From: the human T2T-CHM13v2.0 reference genome, Homo sapiens
Assembly: GCF_009914755.1 (NCBI RefSeq)
Contig: NC_060926.1
DNA length: 64,000 nucleotides
Direction: 5' to 3' (one strand)
In this document: piece by piece, positions 30,561 to 43,912 of the stretch
Position numbering within the stretch: position 1 is the stretch's first letter
How the letters are laid out: the number at the start of each line of letters is the position of its first letter
Notes under the pieces: generated by a model
Databases searched by the model: none
The model's input: only the letters and a program-made list of their open reading frames with translations
What the model was told of the DNA's origin: nothing
Translations under genes and position numbers: made by a program

Positions 30561-31041
30561 TGCCAAGACCAGCTCGGTTGGGGAGACCCTAACCCAGCAG
30601 CGCTAGAGGAATTAAAGACACACACACAGAAATACAGAGGTGTAAAGTGGGATATCAGGGGTCTCACAGCCTTCAGAGCTGAGAGCCCCGAACAGAGATT
30701 TACCCACATATTTATTAACAGCAAACCAGTCATTAGCATTGTTTCTATGGATATTAAATTAACTGAAAGTATCCCTTAAGGGAAACGAAGGGATGGGCTG
30801 AATTAATTGCAGCAGGAACACGCCCTTAAGGCACAGATCGCTCAGGCTAATTGTTTATGGCTTAAAAATGCCTTTAACCAGTTTTCCGCCCTGAGCGGGC
30901 CAGGTGTTCCTTACCGTCATTCCTGTAAACCCACAACCTTCCAGCTTGGGCTTTATGGCCATTATGGACATGTTACATTGCTGCAGAGATTTTATTTATG
31001 GCCAGTTTTGGGGCCAGACTTTGGGGGGCTTGCTCCCAACA
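30561..31041 (-). mobile_element. MER9 solo LTR (HERV-K HML-3)
   Basis: Reverse strand begins TGTTGGGAGCAAGCCCCCCAAAGTCTGGCCCCAAAACTGGCCATAAA; perfect 6-bp TSD TGCAGG at 30555-30560 and 31042-31047. Confidence 0.93.
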
Positions 31042-31099
31042 TGCAGGCACTGTATTTTTCTGTTATTTTAGGCACATGTGCTGGGGTGAGGCACCAGTC

Positions 31100-31549
31100 A
31101 TGAAAGCCAAGTCCACCGAGGTCCTGGGAAACAAGGTCTCAGCACAGGCGGAGAAACTGGGAGCCTGGAAAAGGGAAAGAAGTTGGTCCACACTGCACAG
31201 GGATCTCCCCTTCTCACAGAGGCTCAGGCCCGGCGTCCCCGCGGGAAGCACTTAGACAACCAAACACCTGAACAGGACGTTTCTCCCAGTCAGGCTGGAC
31301 ACGCTGGAGAGTTAGGAGGGCCAAGGGCGAGACCAGCTCCTATGTGGGGAAGGAGACGGGGCGAGGAGCTCAGCCGCTGAGGCTGTTTTGATAGAGATGA
31401 TGGCCAATTCTGAGACACTGAAAACCACAGCAGAGGTTTCTGAAGTCTCAAAGGAGCAGAGAAACAATACCTGGGTTTTGGTCTCATGCTGGACCAGAGG
31501 CTCTGCTGAACAGTTGAGGACTTGCTTAGAATCTTCAAATGGCTACAGC
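31100..31549 (+). mobile_element. Gypsy gag remnant, PNMA-like N-terminal domain (frameshifted)
   Basis: KLGAWKRERSW...GVPAGST, then MWGRRRGEELS, then AEAVLIEMMANSETLKTTAEVS...NTWVLV...AEQLRTCLESSNG, colinear with the recalled PNMA1 LLEDWCRG...GIP / MLGRMFWREENAKAALLEL...GVWKVL...ERLHLFLAREG. Confidence 0.6.
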
Positions 31550-32653
31550 TAGAAATTAGGGGAAGCAGGAACTATAGATGCTTCTAACACATCATTCCCT
31601 GATTGCATTAAGGTGATCCACCCTTATCCTCGCAGTCAGAAGACACCTCCTCATGGACTTCTGACTGCTGTTGTTTCAAAGGAACATCCAATTTTATGCT
31701 GCTCATACATATTTGAAAAAAGAAAACACAATGCAACTATGTGATTAACAAAAGAGATACCTTCAACATAATGATATAAAAGTTGGAAAGTAAAAAGAAG
31801 TGAAAATAATATCATGAAAAATAAACCTGGAGTAGCTCTGCTAATAACAGACTCTACGGCATAAAGCATGACCAGAGATGAAGAGAAACATTTAATAAAA
31901 ACTCAAACTGCAAAGGCAGTAAGACAATTGTAAATGCACATGCTCCAAATAACAACCTCAAAACACATGCAGCACGTGTTTTCAGAATCACGAAGGGTGA
32001 CAGACAGCTCCTCAGTTATGTTGTTTGGTTTTAAAATGCTTGTCTCAGGAACTAATGGAAAAGGCAGGCAAAAAAATCAGCAAGGACCTGAAAGAAATGA
32101 ACATTCTAAGACAAATTAATGTAAATCACCATATTAACAGAAGAAAGATAAATCGTATTGATTGATGCAGAAAAAAAGTATTTGATGAAATGCAATATAT
32201 ATTCATAGTTGACACCATTAATACAAAAGGTTTAGCAAACCAGGAATAAGAAGAGAATGTAATTCCTGAGTCAAAAAAAAAGGGTATCTATGAAAAGCCT
32301 ACAGCATGGCTGTAATTAGTCATAGAAGGTTGAACACTGTCCATCCTGAGATGGAAAATGAAGCAAGGAAGTCCATTATCATTACCTATATGTAAGCTCG
32401 TCCTGCAGATCCCAGCCATGAAAATGAAACTGGAACAACAGAAAATGTGTAAGAATTGGAGAGAAATATAAAAACCCACCTTTATACACAGATCACATGA
32501 TTGTATATATAAAGTATACAATAAAGTATGAAAATGAATTTGTAAAGTCAACTGAATTTTAACAAGATGCTGAATAAAAATCAACATAAATATTCACTTT
32601 ATTTTAACATACAAGCAATAAACAATTAGAAAATAAAATGTAAAAGATACTTT

Positions 32654-33434
<781 letters not shown>

Positions 33435-34021
33435 CTTTTACAGTGGGTTAGAAAAGTTAAATCTTAGCAACACTCCTAACAAAAAAATGCATGAGACTTG
33501 AATGGAGAAGTCCAGAAAATATTACAGAAAAGAAAGACCTAATTGAACTGAAAGACTCAACCATTTTAACTATGTCAGTTTTCACCAAAGAGTCCTATGG
33601 GTTTAATAATAATATAAAAAACCCTAGAATAATTTACAAGGTTAAGAAAATCTTGTCTAAATAAACTTGGAATAACTGTAGACTCACCGTACAGCTGTAA
33701 TCATTAAGCCAGAGAAAAACGATCTCAAGGATGGACATGCAGGACAGAACAAGCCGTGCAGAGAGAAACCCATGGAGATGGGCACGCGGATGGACAGCAG
33801 AGCGGGCAGAAGGTGCGGCCTTCCCACAAACGGCGGGGGCCCTGGATATCCACGTGGAAAAATGTGACAGGATTTCTGACTCACATCACAAACAAATTCA
33901 GTTCCAGGAACAGTAAAACTAAATGTAAAAGACAAAGCAATAAAACCCCCAGGCGATAACCCAGTCAATACACAGGAGGCCTTGACCGTCAGAACCCTCC
34001 AGTAAACCAGGAAAAGGAGCC

Positions 34022-34035
34022 GTTACCATGGAAAC
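34022..34035. promoter_or_regulatory. RFX X-box-like palindrome GTTACCATGGAAAC
   Basis: Matches GTTNCCATGGNAAC; motif only, function untested. Confidence 0.4.
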
Positions 34036-34334
34036 ATGTGGTGGACTCCCTTAACATCTGAAAAAAAAAAAAAAAAAAAAAAAAAGCCCAAGGTTCACAT
34101 CACAGAGAGGTCCGGACACAGAATGAGACACCCACGGCCCGGCAGCGGACACCTGCACCCGGGCACCCCCAGGGAGACGCCACCAGGGCTGCAGTAGCTG
34201 GCTGGCATCAGAGGGAATAAGTAAAGGCCAGGGCCCTGCCAGCACCTAGGAGAGGCTCCTCCCCAGGCCCGTGTGGGAAGGCCCAGCCCACCCTACAGGA
34301 GCAGGAGCAGGAGGCCCTGCTGAGCCCAGGGCGC

Positions 34335-34650
34335 TGGACCCACACAGACAGGGAGAAGGCAAACCTGAGCTGCTTGGACTCTGGATTTGTGGTACTGGTC
34401 AGACAGCTGTGTAATACTAAGACCATCGTCAATGTGCTGCAGGCCTCTGGGCAGCCTTTGGTGACATCAGAGACGGGTAGGAACCAGCATGGTGCAGTTT
34501 TGAACGTGCGTCAAGTAAACTAAATGCAACAACGACAAATTAAAACTGCAACACTGTAAACACCTGTGGTTGAAACTAGAGGACCTACTGCAGAAAAGAT
34601 GAAACAAGGGAAAGAGAGAATGGAAACTGGCAGGCCAGGTATATGGGAGC
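34335..34650 (+). mobile_element. Gypsy gag remnant, PNMA-like capsid domain
   Basis: Frame +3, 34335-34520: WTHTDREKANLSCLDSGFVVLVRQLCNTKTIVNVLQASGQPLVTSETGRNQHGAVLNVRQ. Frame +1 from 34561: HLWLKLEDLLQKR*NKG. Colinear with recalled PNMA1 WQVSDVEKRRRLMESL...ECLKALEQVFGSVESSRDAQIKFLNTYQ...YVIRLEPLLQKVVEKG. Confidence 0.7.
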
Positions 34651-34959
34651 AAACGACGGCTTTGAGCAGGAGAGGCTACCACGGAAGCTCAGCTGCTCAG
34701 GCCGAATTCCTTCTGCGAAGTAAGTTTTAAAAGAAAAGAAAAACCAGCAATAGACACAAAGCTCAGTGCACGAACACTAGGGACAGGCCTGTGTTAGGCC
34801 TGGGCTGGGCCGGGAGCCACGGAGCTGAAGAGCTGCCTGAAGAGCCAGCACCAGCACAGCACGGCAATGGCCTCGCCCCAGGAGAAGATAGAATGGATTA
34901 GCCCAGCGACAGTGGCCAGGGAACCCACCCAGCAGCCTAGGGAAGGTCCGGGAATGGAA

Positions 34960-36510
34960 CTGGGGTTCGGCCATCGCCAGCCCAGGGCTAGACTCAGCCA
35001 GGTGGGCAGCTGGATTCTCCTCCACAGAACCCGTGGGCTGGCCCACACATGCGACTCAGAGCAAGAGAAAGACCATTCCTGTCCACCTCCTGCAGCCTCC
35101 GCGCGCCCAAGCACATACCTGACATATCACAGAACAAGACTCCACAGCCATGCATCTGTCCTCTCTAGGGCACCTAATGATTAGAAAGGAATTTACTCGA
35201 AATGCTGGAAACAGAAGAGGAAATTACCCTGACAAGGACGGAGATCCACACCGCCATCCAGGGCCTAGGAACAGCGCTCAGCCAGGGCCCGGCCCCTCAA
35301 GAGTGCGGGATGGCTGCAGGGGAGGTGGGTCCGGGACAAGCAGGAGTGGCAATTCCCAGGCAGTGTGGGTACCAAGCCATCTTGGGGGACGGCCCGGTGG
35401 GCATACGAGAGGACAGCAGCAGCCTGGCAGGGGCAACGCCCTCCTCATGGTAGAAAATGGACGTGCCCCCAGGAGGAGCCACCGCTTACATTGTAATCAC
35501 TCAAGTCCATCGCCAGAAAACACAAGAAGGATTGTCTTGCCAGAGGTTAGTGACCAGGGACTTAAAGGAAAGGCCAGTGAGCAAAGAGGAGCCTTCTTAG
35601 TTCCGCAGACCTCGTGCCTGCCGTTGTAGTAAGCGAGACTGAGCTCAGCCACGCTCACCCGCGGAAAGCACAGGGATGCTTGCCAGGAGGCTGGGGGAGG
35701 ATCACAAGACACGAGGGCTGACGAGGATGGGCAGAGCATCCCCTGCCTGGCCGGGGGTCCTTGGCCAATTCGAAAATAGATAACAGGGGGTCTCAGAGCT
35801 CCCGCGGCAAGAGCTACTTAGGCACTGCAAGGTACTTGGATGACGTCATTGTCTTCAGTAGAACCTTGAAGAAGTACCAGAGACTCCCAGGCAACGTAGC
35901 TGAAATCTGTCTCAAGTAGAGCCGTCCAGGGTCTTCATCACGTGGGCAAGGCTTTTACCACGATGACAGCACATAAGAAAGTCGGCCTTGCTAGCAGCAG
36001 AGACAGGCCTGGTGTCACTGACCCTGAGGCAGGACTCTTATAAACCATATAATTTAATTCTCTGCCAGCTCAAGCTGATCCCTGAGATCATCCTCTGCAT
36101 GAGAATCACCATGTACTGCAGCATGGATGGACTGAGGCCCCGGAGGGCCCCCACGTCCTGGATGAGGAGCCCACAGTGGCCACGGTCCTTGATTCAGAAT
36201 AAAACAAAGACAAAAGCAATCAGAAAACGCATGCACCATAAGGCTGAGCCATTTTTCAAAGACGTCAAAATAGGAAAATAATCAAATGGAAGAAAACTGA
36301 GAATTCCATCCGCTGGCTTGCTCCAGAGGCCTCTCCGACCTCAGGCCACAAAGAGGGGAGGCCTGCGGAGGGGCTCTGCCTGGGTGGAAATCCCTCTGGT
36401 TTTTGTCTTCCACCAGATGTTGGTGTCATCAATTTCATCCTTCTCAGCATCACAGCTAATGTTAAAAGGATTCAGATCAGGAGAGACTGAAGTGCTGCAG
36501 CCCTGATAAT
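34960..36510 (+). mobile_element. Gypsy pol remnant: tentative protease, reverse transcriptase, RNase H
   Basis: LDS at 35010 (PR, tentative); HRLHCNHSSPSPENTRRIV at 35480; LGQFENR*QGVS at 35760; YLDDVIVFSRTLKKY at 35833-35877; CSMDGL at ~36117; HKAE at 36237; RWLA at 36311. Order is PR-RT-RH. Confidence 0.8.
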
Positions 36511-36549
36511 GCTCCCAGTGAGAATTTGTGCAAAACGTTTCCCCTGGAG

Positions 36550-36741
36550 CTGCAAAACCAGATCCAGGCAGGGCCCTGGGCGCTGAGGACAGAATCTCTA
36601 CGTCCTCCCCTCTGCAAAACCAGATCCAGGCAGGGCCCTGGGCACTGAGGACAGAATCTCTACGTCCTCCCCTCTGCAAAACCAGATCCAGGCAGGGCCC
36701 TAGGCACTGAGGACAGAATCTCCACCTCCTCCCTTCTGCAA
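36550..36741. repeat. 62-bp tandem repeat, ~3 copies
   Basis: CTGCAAAACCAGATCCAGGCAGGGCCCT... at 36550, 36612 and 36674. Confidence 0.95.
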
Positions 36742-37389
36742 TGCTGCCTCTTCACAGGTAGAGCTTTCACTTCTCTTCAGCTTCTCGCCAGCCAAGGATG
36801 CAGGGAACAAGCAGCTTGCCATCACAGTCTCAGGTATTTTTGCTTTGCCAGCTGGGCTCCTATGAACAATGTGTCCAGCCACAGGCAAACAACCTGAGAG
36901 TGACAGCGTGAGTCAGGACCTCACAAGAAGCCTGGCCAGAGGCACGGACGGCAGATAGGACACAGATGGGGCGACCAAATACATCTGGGGCAGTAGTGTG
37001 TCCTGACAGATCTGCGGGGGGTGGGGGGCACAGTAATCTTGGGCCTGGCTAAGATTTGACGGGAGAACATTGACCCAAGTCCCCAGGAGAACATTGAAGA
37101 GAACTGTGGCTGACTGTCAAAGGGAGAAGCAACCGCAGAGTTTTCTTTCTGGTTCAGAGGAGATGTGAGGGGTGTAGCCTGCGGAGCAAGGACAAGGGGT
37201 CCTAGAACGCTGTTGTTGGTCATTCAGCCGAGGGCTTCACTTCTCAGCCTGCACAGCTTTCCGCCTGTGAGTGTAGGTTACGTCTATACACACACATGAA
37301 ATGATCTATTCTCACTCGGCTGCCCATGTCTGAACACGGTGGTATTAGGAGGAATAGGAAAGCAACATCCTACCGGATCACATTGCTTC

Positions 37390-37550
37390 AGTGAAACCAT
37401 TTAAACCCCTGAGCCTCTGCATGCCAATCAACACTGCGAGTGGTGAGAATGCCTGTCTCATGGGGGTTTGTGAAGACAAAATGTAAAAATAAAATGTGGA
37501 GTGCTTGGTAAACTAAAGTTCTAATAAATATTAGTCGTTACTATTATTAT
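37390..37550 (+). mobile_element. MIR fragment
   Basis: CATTTAAACCCCTGAGCCTC...TCATGGGGGTTTGTGAAGA...AATAAATATTAGTCGTTACTATTATTA. Confidence 0.6.
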
Positions 37551-38049
37551 ATCAGAAGTCACAAGACTGGAATAGTTCACTTGAATAAAAACTCAGTGCA
37601 GAGAAGTTGGATAAATTGGTGAGTTTAAAACTTCAATAGGACTAAAACTATGCCAGTTAATTTATTCATGTATGCATATTCATTAACTTATTTATGCTGA
37701 AATGAATTAAAGGTTTAGTGCGTGCGTGGAGCTGGGGACACACCACCATCAAGGCTGCATGAACTCTGTCCACACCACGGCTGTTTTCAAACAACCACAG
37801 AAGAAAATAAGTGGGAAACACCGGTTACTTTCTTCAGTTGATAACTCAGCTGACTAAATAGCTCATGTTAAGTCAGTCTTAATGAGGAAATCAGAACATT
37901 CAGGGCTTTGGGATTAGAACTACACATCTCTCTGGCAAGCATTCAGAGCTCTTTGGGTCAGACATCAGTGGCTGCAGAAATGTTACCTGAAAAACCCGCA
38001 GCCTTTCTGAACGCTTGCGGGAGTTTCCTTGCCTTTCGGGCCACTGTAT

Positions 38050-38530
38050 TGTAGCAGGACAAGCCGCAGACAAAACTCCTCAAACACCGGATTAAAGAAG
38101 GAAGAGGTTTTTATTCAGCCAGGAGCATTGGCAGACTTGAGTCTTAAGAGCTGAGCTCCCTGAAAAAGAAATTCTTGGCCTTTTTAAAGGCATACAACTT
38201 TAAGGGGTCCACGTGAAAGGGTCGTAGTACATCAAGCAAGCGTGGGAAACGTGACTGGGGGCTACAGGCATCAGCTAACAGAACAGAAAGTTTTACAATG
38301 CTTTTTTCATACAGTGTCTGGAATTTACACAAGTAGTTTAGGTCAGGGGTTGATGTTATTATTATCACTTTTTTTAACTCCTAGGGCCGGGTGGTGGTGC
38401 CAAGGTTATCTGGCTATTTATCTTACTTTTGTTTTTTTCCAACTTTTTGCTTTTTCTCTCTTCCTGTTTTGTGAACTAGGCAAGGTGGGGGGAAGGAGGG
38501 CATCAGGAGGAGTAGTGGTCTCCTTCCTTA
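38050..38530 (-). mobile_element. LTR2-family solo LTR (HERV-E/Harlequin; LTR2B/2C-like)
   Basis: TGTAGCAGGACAAGCCGCAGACAAAACTCC ... GTAGTGGTCTCCTTCCTTA; imperfect 4-bp TSD GTAT/GTGT. Confidence 0.88.
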
Positions 38531-41419
38531 GTGTGAGGAAAAACACTCATGACCCTAAGTGTCGCAAACTGCAGAAGAGGCAAGATGGTAGCCTGCCACT
38601 CCCTGTCAAATGCTTGTTGCCCTCTTCTGGGCCAGCCTCGTCCACCCAGCCCGCGATGCCCTCTGAGACAGCCCAGCCACCGCACCGCCCGCCCTCGGGT
38701 GATTCAGGACTAATCAGAGCATCAGGATGCTGGGCACGCCGTTAGCCGGGGCGATTCAGAGTCATCTGCTGTGGAGTGGGGCTCAGAGTGAGGGATGTGG
38801 TCACTCACGCCATGTTGATGATTCAAGCTCTTCTCTGTCAACTCAATGCCTGTGGAGTAGAAGGAAGTACATCTGTTTATCTCTTGGCCAAAAGAGCAAG
38901 TTAATACATTTTTTAAAACTTTGACATTTCATCTTAAAGCAACAGTGGGCCTTGTTTAACTAGAATCTCATTTCTGCAGCCTGATTTTGCTGGAGAGACT
39001 CCCAACACAGGCAAGCCCCGGGAGGACAGAGATCAGCAGGGGTGCTGGCGCCAGATGCCTTTGTTCCTCAGCCTTCATCCCACTCAGTTACAAAATTACA
39101 TGAGAGGCTAGATAAGCTTATTCCCTAGCCCTTTTTTAAGGTTCAAATGTTACTACATTTTATAAGAAAATACAGTTTTTGAATCAACCCTCGGAGGCTC
39201 CAGCCTTCAGGAGACACTGGTCAGTACCGCCATGCCTCTGGCCTCAAAGCGTGGTTTGCAAACTGGTTTGTTCTTTGCAGGATAAAACCGCACTGGTGGC
39301 CACGGGTGCCCTGGTTAGCAGAGTCGATGGGATTTTCTCTGGCTTTCGCCTTGTGGGCATCATTAGCACCCTGGAGTCACTTGCAGGCCTCTGTGCAGAT
39401 GTCCTGCCGAGGGGCTTCAGGCTGTAAAAGTGAACCAGTGGACACAGGACCTGCCTGGACTCCCAGCCTCACAGAGCAGAACCACAGCCCAGACTGCCCT
39501 CTGCCCAATACACACTTGTTTTGGAACTTTAATCCATCAAAGCATCCAAATAAAAAATATGTAGACTCCCCACCCTATCCCATCTGCCTTTGTGTCCTAA
39601 TTCCCAAATAGACATCCCATCACAGTGGTTTTCTCTGTGACGGAGACTCCTGCATTGGACTCCATCCCTCCCTTGCTGGAAAAGCACAGGTGCTGTGGCG
39701 TGAGATCAACCAACTTACTTCAATTTGCTGATCTTGGGGTAATAATTCTAAAATAGGGGAACAATACCCCTGTCAGTGTACTTGGGAGAACCTCCCCATT
39801 TCTTGAGGCCCCAGAAATGCAAACACTCCTGTTTTTGTTGTCAACTCTGGTGTCAGAGCTGTTCACGCCATGGGCACTGGTCATCGACTTACCGTGGATA
39901 GTCAAGCTTTTAAGTCCCAGGAATAAAGGGTTCCTACTTCTTTAAGCTGTGTTTATTTTACACTGTTGCTGGTATACTCGGTGGGTCCTTAGTGAGGATG
40001 AGGAAAAAGTGTCAGAGAGTGATTTCCAATAAGATGGAAAATGATCCACAGTTTCTCCTCCCTTAACCAGCACATGACGTCTGCCCTGTGGCATCAGATA
40101 GTGGAGGCAGTGGCGCTCCGTGTGGGGCCTCCTGGCTGAAGGAGGTGACAACAGTTTGTCCTGTCTTCCTAGACGCTGTGTGCACCTCGCCCCGCTGGTG
40201 ATTTACTTGAGAGGAACCCATGTGTGGGGTAGGGAGTGTTGCCTTTGGCTTCTACCCAGGTCCTGCTGTGGACTCTGCCTCTTACCAGGGGTGACTTGTG
40301 TGAGCTGGGACCTCTTCACCCAGAGGAGAGGGAAGAGGGTCCCCCTCACCTGGCGGCTGTGAGGGCCCAGTCCCCCCAGATTCAGGCACTTCACAGTTAA
40401 CACAGTGAAGATTCAAGATGATAGAGACTTCCATTGGCTCATCGGAGTGCAGCACTCCCAGACATCAGCTCCATTCAGAGACAGCTGCTCCGCTGAGCGC
40501 TGCTGTTTGCTGGGGGTCGTGAATACCCTAAATCTCCATAGGTTGCCAGCTTGAGTCAGGAGTAGAGATATTTATGTGCATGAGTAATAAATAGCGACTT
40601 TTGTGAAAGTTAAAATGAAAGAAAATGAAACGAAGGAAAAGACAACTTGAATATACAAAGGTCTTCAAACACAGGATTCGCTTTTTCACTTTCAGTCCTT
40701 TTTTGTTGGTCACGAGGCCTATGGAGGTATTAACATGTAACTTCGTTCTTCAGGCTCCGCCAGTCCCTCTCTTACCTTGCAGGGGATTTAGGAATTTGCA
40801 GGCGGCAAACTTCTAAGAGCTAGAATTCTTGACCCTGCCTGGGAGAATCACAGTGATTCTGCAACTGCAGGCTCCTGCCTTTCAGAGTAGGCATTTTAAA
40901 TTCTGTCACTGCCACACTTGCAGTGGTGTCGTTTGTCATTTTACCTGATGGAAAAATTATTTGTGTAAAACTGACATAAAGGTTCTGATCTTTCAACACT
41001 CACGCTTCCCATGCTGAACAGCGGGGCTCCACTCTGTCCCCAGACTTCAAAAGGGGAGGCAAGAGGTGAGGCCCGGTCTGACTCTCCAGGTGCTCCTGGG
41101 GACTGTCCAGAGGCCACTCAGGTCCCAGACGAGCAGCGTCTCACAAGACCAACCTGTCTTGTGGCACAACCTGCCGGCCACAGAGGCCGCTGCCAGAGCC
41201 ATTGTCCCAGACAGTCTCAGACAGCCCCAGACAGCACGCCGCCTCGCCAGTCCAGGGAATGCTCTCTTTGCCACAACGTGTGGTCGAGGGACTTCATGGA
41301 GAATGTTCTTGTGGATGTCAGGAGCTTCTTAGGGTTCTTTAATAATAAACCCCGTGAGAAGCAGGCCCTGAGCATGGTGGGTGCTCAGTGCGCATCTGTG
41401 TTGCAAGTACATGATGAGC

Positions 41420-41720
41420 TGTCCAATCGGATGCTTGTGGCACTGGACGTGGTAATCCAGACCAATCAGAGGCCTGAGGCACTGGGCATGTGGATCTGGT
41501 CCAATCAGTGGCCTGCAGCACTGGGCGTGGTAATCCAGTCCAATCAGAGGCCTGCAGCACTGGATGTGGTGATCTGGTCCAATCAGAGGCCTGCAATGCT
41601 GGGCGTGGTAATCCAGTCCAATCAGAGGCCTGCATCACTGGGTGTGGTGATCTGATCCAATCAGAGGCCTGCATCACTGGGCCGGGTGATCTGGTCTAAT
41701 CAGAGGCCTGCCGCACTGGG
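41420..41720. repeat. 39-bp VNTR (~7.5 copies, alternating A/B variants), each unit carrying a CCAAT box
   Basis: CCAAT at 41423, 41462, 41501, 41540, 41579, 41618 and 41657; degenerate CTAAT at 41696. Confidence 0.95.
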
Positions 41721-41782
41721 CTTATGGATCCGGATGGCATCTTCTGCCTGTGGCTCTTTCTTCTCCTCCAGTGCACAGAGTC

Positions 41783-42190
41783 TGCATTAATCAGGGTTCT
41801 CCCAAGAAACAGAAGCAACAGAACGTGAGGACAGACACAGAGGGAGATTTGCTATAAGGAGCGGACTCTTGATTGGCAAGGCCAATCAGTCCCGGATCTA
41901 CAGGACGAGGGGGCAGCCGGGGGCCGGGGGAGCCCTGTGTGGCTCTGGTCCAAGGGCCCCCAGGCAGGAGGAATTCTCTCTCTCAGGGGAAGGGCAGGCT
42001 TCTTGTTCCACGTGGGCTTCGGCTTAATGGGACGAGGCCCCTGCGCTGGGAAGGGCAAACTGCTTTACTCCGTCTGCTGATTTAAACATTAACGTCGTCC
42101 AGAAACATAGCCAGAGGCACCCAGAATAAGGCCTGATCACTCTGGGATCCCTGTGGCCCAGTCAAACTGGCCATAAAACTGAGGTTCACA
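41783..42190 (-). mobile_element. MLT2-family (ERVL) solo LTR
   Basis: TGCATTAATCAGGGTTCTCC...GGCAAACTGCTTTACTC...GGCCCAGTCAAACTGGCCATAAAACT...CACA. Confidence 0.8.
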
Positions 42191-43912
42191 GCATCTAAGA
42201 ACTTTCTCTTCCTCCTCACGCCAAGACCCCCACGTGTGTTTCTAGACAAGGCATACATCACGGAGCGCAACCACTGACGGGTTTTCTTCAGGATTTTCCT
42301 TAACTCAGTTTCCCAATGATGGCCAAATATCTGCACCGGCCAGGGTCCTGCGGGCGGTGGCTCAGACGCCGGCTCATCAGTGTCTGCGACGGCCCACAGT
42401 GCACACCACACTCCCATTCCCTGGGCCCCCACACTAAGAGGACCATTCCAGACTGAAAGCCAAGGCTCTGGTGGGCGTTCCTATCCAGACAGTCGGAATT
42501 AGAGTCTGGATTCTAAGTGGGGCACCTGCCTGCTTCCCAGCCTTCTTCCTCCAGGGCTTGAGGCTGGGACGCAGGTCTGAGCGCATCCACACCGGGAGCC
42601 CACGCGGGCTACGGGTCCCCAGGGGACTGGTTTTCCAGGAAATAACGAAGCAGCCACCTAGAGAAGAGTCAGAGTGGAAGCCCCGACCCTGCAGTGCTGA
42701 GGGAGCGGCCCCGTTCCTGCCTCCGCCAAAAGTGTCGAGTGTTCTGTTACTGACAACCGAACATTCCCAGCTAAAACAAAGCTTGTCCTATGCCGCCCTG
42801 CAGGAATTGTCCATGGGCTACTTGGCTACGGGAGTTCTATTTCGAAAATGCTGAACCCAGACAGAGAGGCAGACTGTTTGACCTGGAAGCCGGCTCTGAC
42901 ACAGGCCTGGGGCCGCCTCAGATCACTGTGTGAGTGGAAGGGGCCAAGTGAGTGTTCATTTGACTTCTGCTACTGAACGAATTATGCCAAGGCTTTTTAC
43001 ATCCTACGCCAAGGTGGGCTTCACGAGCCAAAAACACAGGTGCACAGAAGAAAGGGGACCACCGGTACAGCAGGCTTTAATCTGACACAGTCCACAAGGC
43101 GTCTGTGCAGGGCGTGGTCCAGCACCATCGCTGTAGTTCAAAGAACAGCAAAGGCTGGGACACAAATCCTTTTGTCGGCTACACAGCCATCCCTTCCGGA
43201 TCCCAGGGCCTCACACTCCTAACCCGCAGCTCACCCAGGACCCAGGAGGCACATGCAGGAAATGCCGGTAAACAGCTTGGCCACATGGCTGGAGGATCGT
43301 CATGGGTTTTGAAGCAGAGATTTTTCATAGGTCAGGCATTAGATAAAAATGATGACCTTATTTTGAAAAACACAATGTATTGGAACTTCAAAGGGTTTCC
43401 ATCAATATTCAAGGATGATTCTTTCAGGATATAACAAAATTTACAAGATAAGGAGACAGTGAATCACTGAGCTGATTCATCTATTGACTTCAAGAGCAAG
43501 TTGGAAACCTGTGTTTTAGTGCAATATGGGTAAGGCAGTGTGCCCAGTGACCCAAAATTAACCTCAAATTCAATCATAAACTTCAAAACCAGAGCCGCCC
43601 CCAGTGCACCCATGGTTCAGTGTGACTCTGCAAAGCTGCCACCCAGTTCAGATGTGAGCAATGCGACCTGGCTGTGGCGCCCCTGACCCCAAGTCTGCAC
43701 CAACCTGTCGTCCAGGTAGGAGGGGCTGCACAGCTTCCTCCCAGACAGGTCCAGGAAGAAAATGTTTTCCTTTAGAGACTGCGCCAGCCTGAGTCATGAT
43801 TCCCTCCCCTCTGTGAGGTGTTTGAAAATGAAATACATTTTTTGAAATCTCTAACAATTTATAAAAACTAAGTTCCTTGTTTCAGCCTATATATGCAGAG
43901 AGAGAGACCGTA

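Noticed and set aside
34061-34085. (A)25 as the tail of a processed pseudogene
   Set aside because: L1-like sequence continues on both sides; no adjacent poly(A) signal or TSD was found.
34790-34850. CCHC zinc knuckle of the Gypsy gag
   Set aside because: Position is plausible, but C*AWAGPGATELKSC lacks two ligands and the correct spacing; too degenerate to call.
41011-41655. 214-aa ORF with 13-aa repeats
   Set aside because: The 39-bp VNTR keeps the frame open; no domain similarity recognised.
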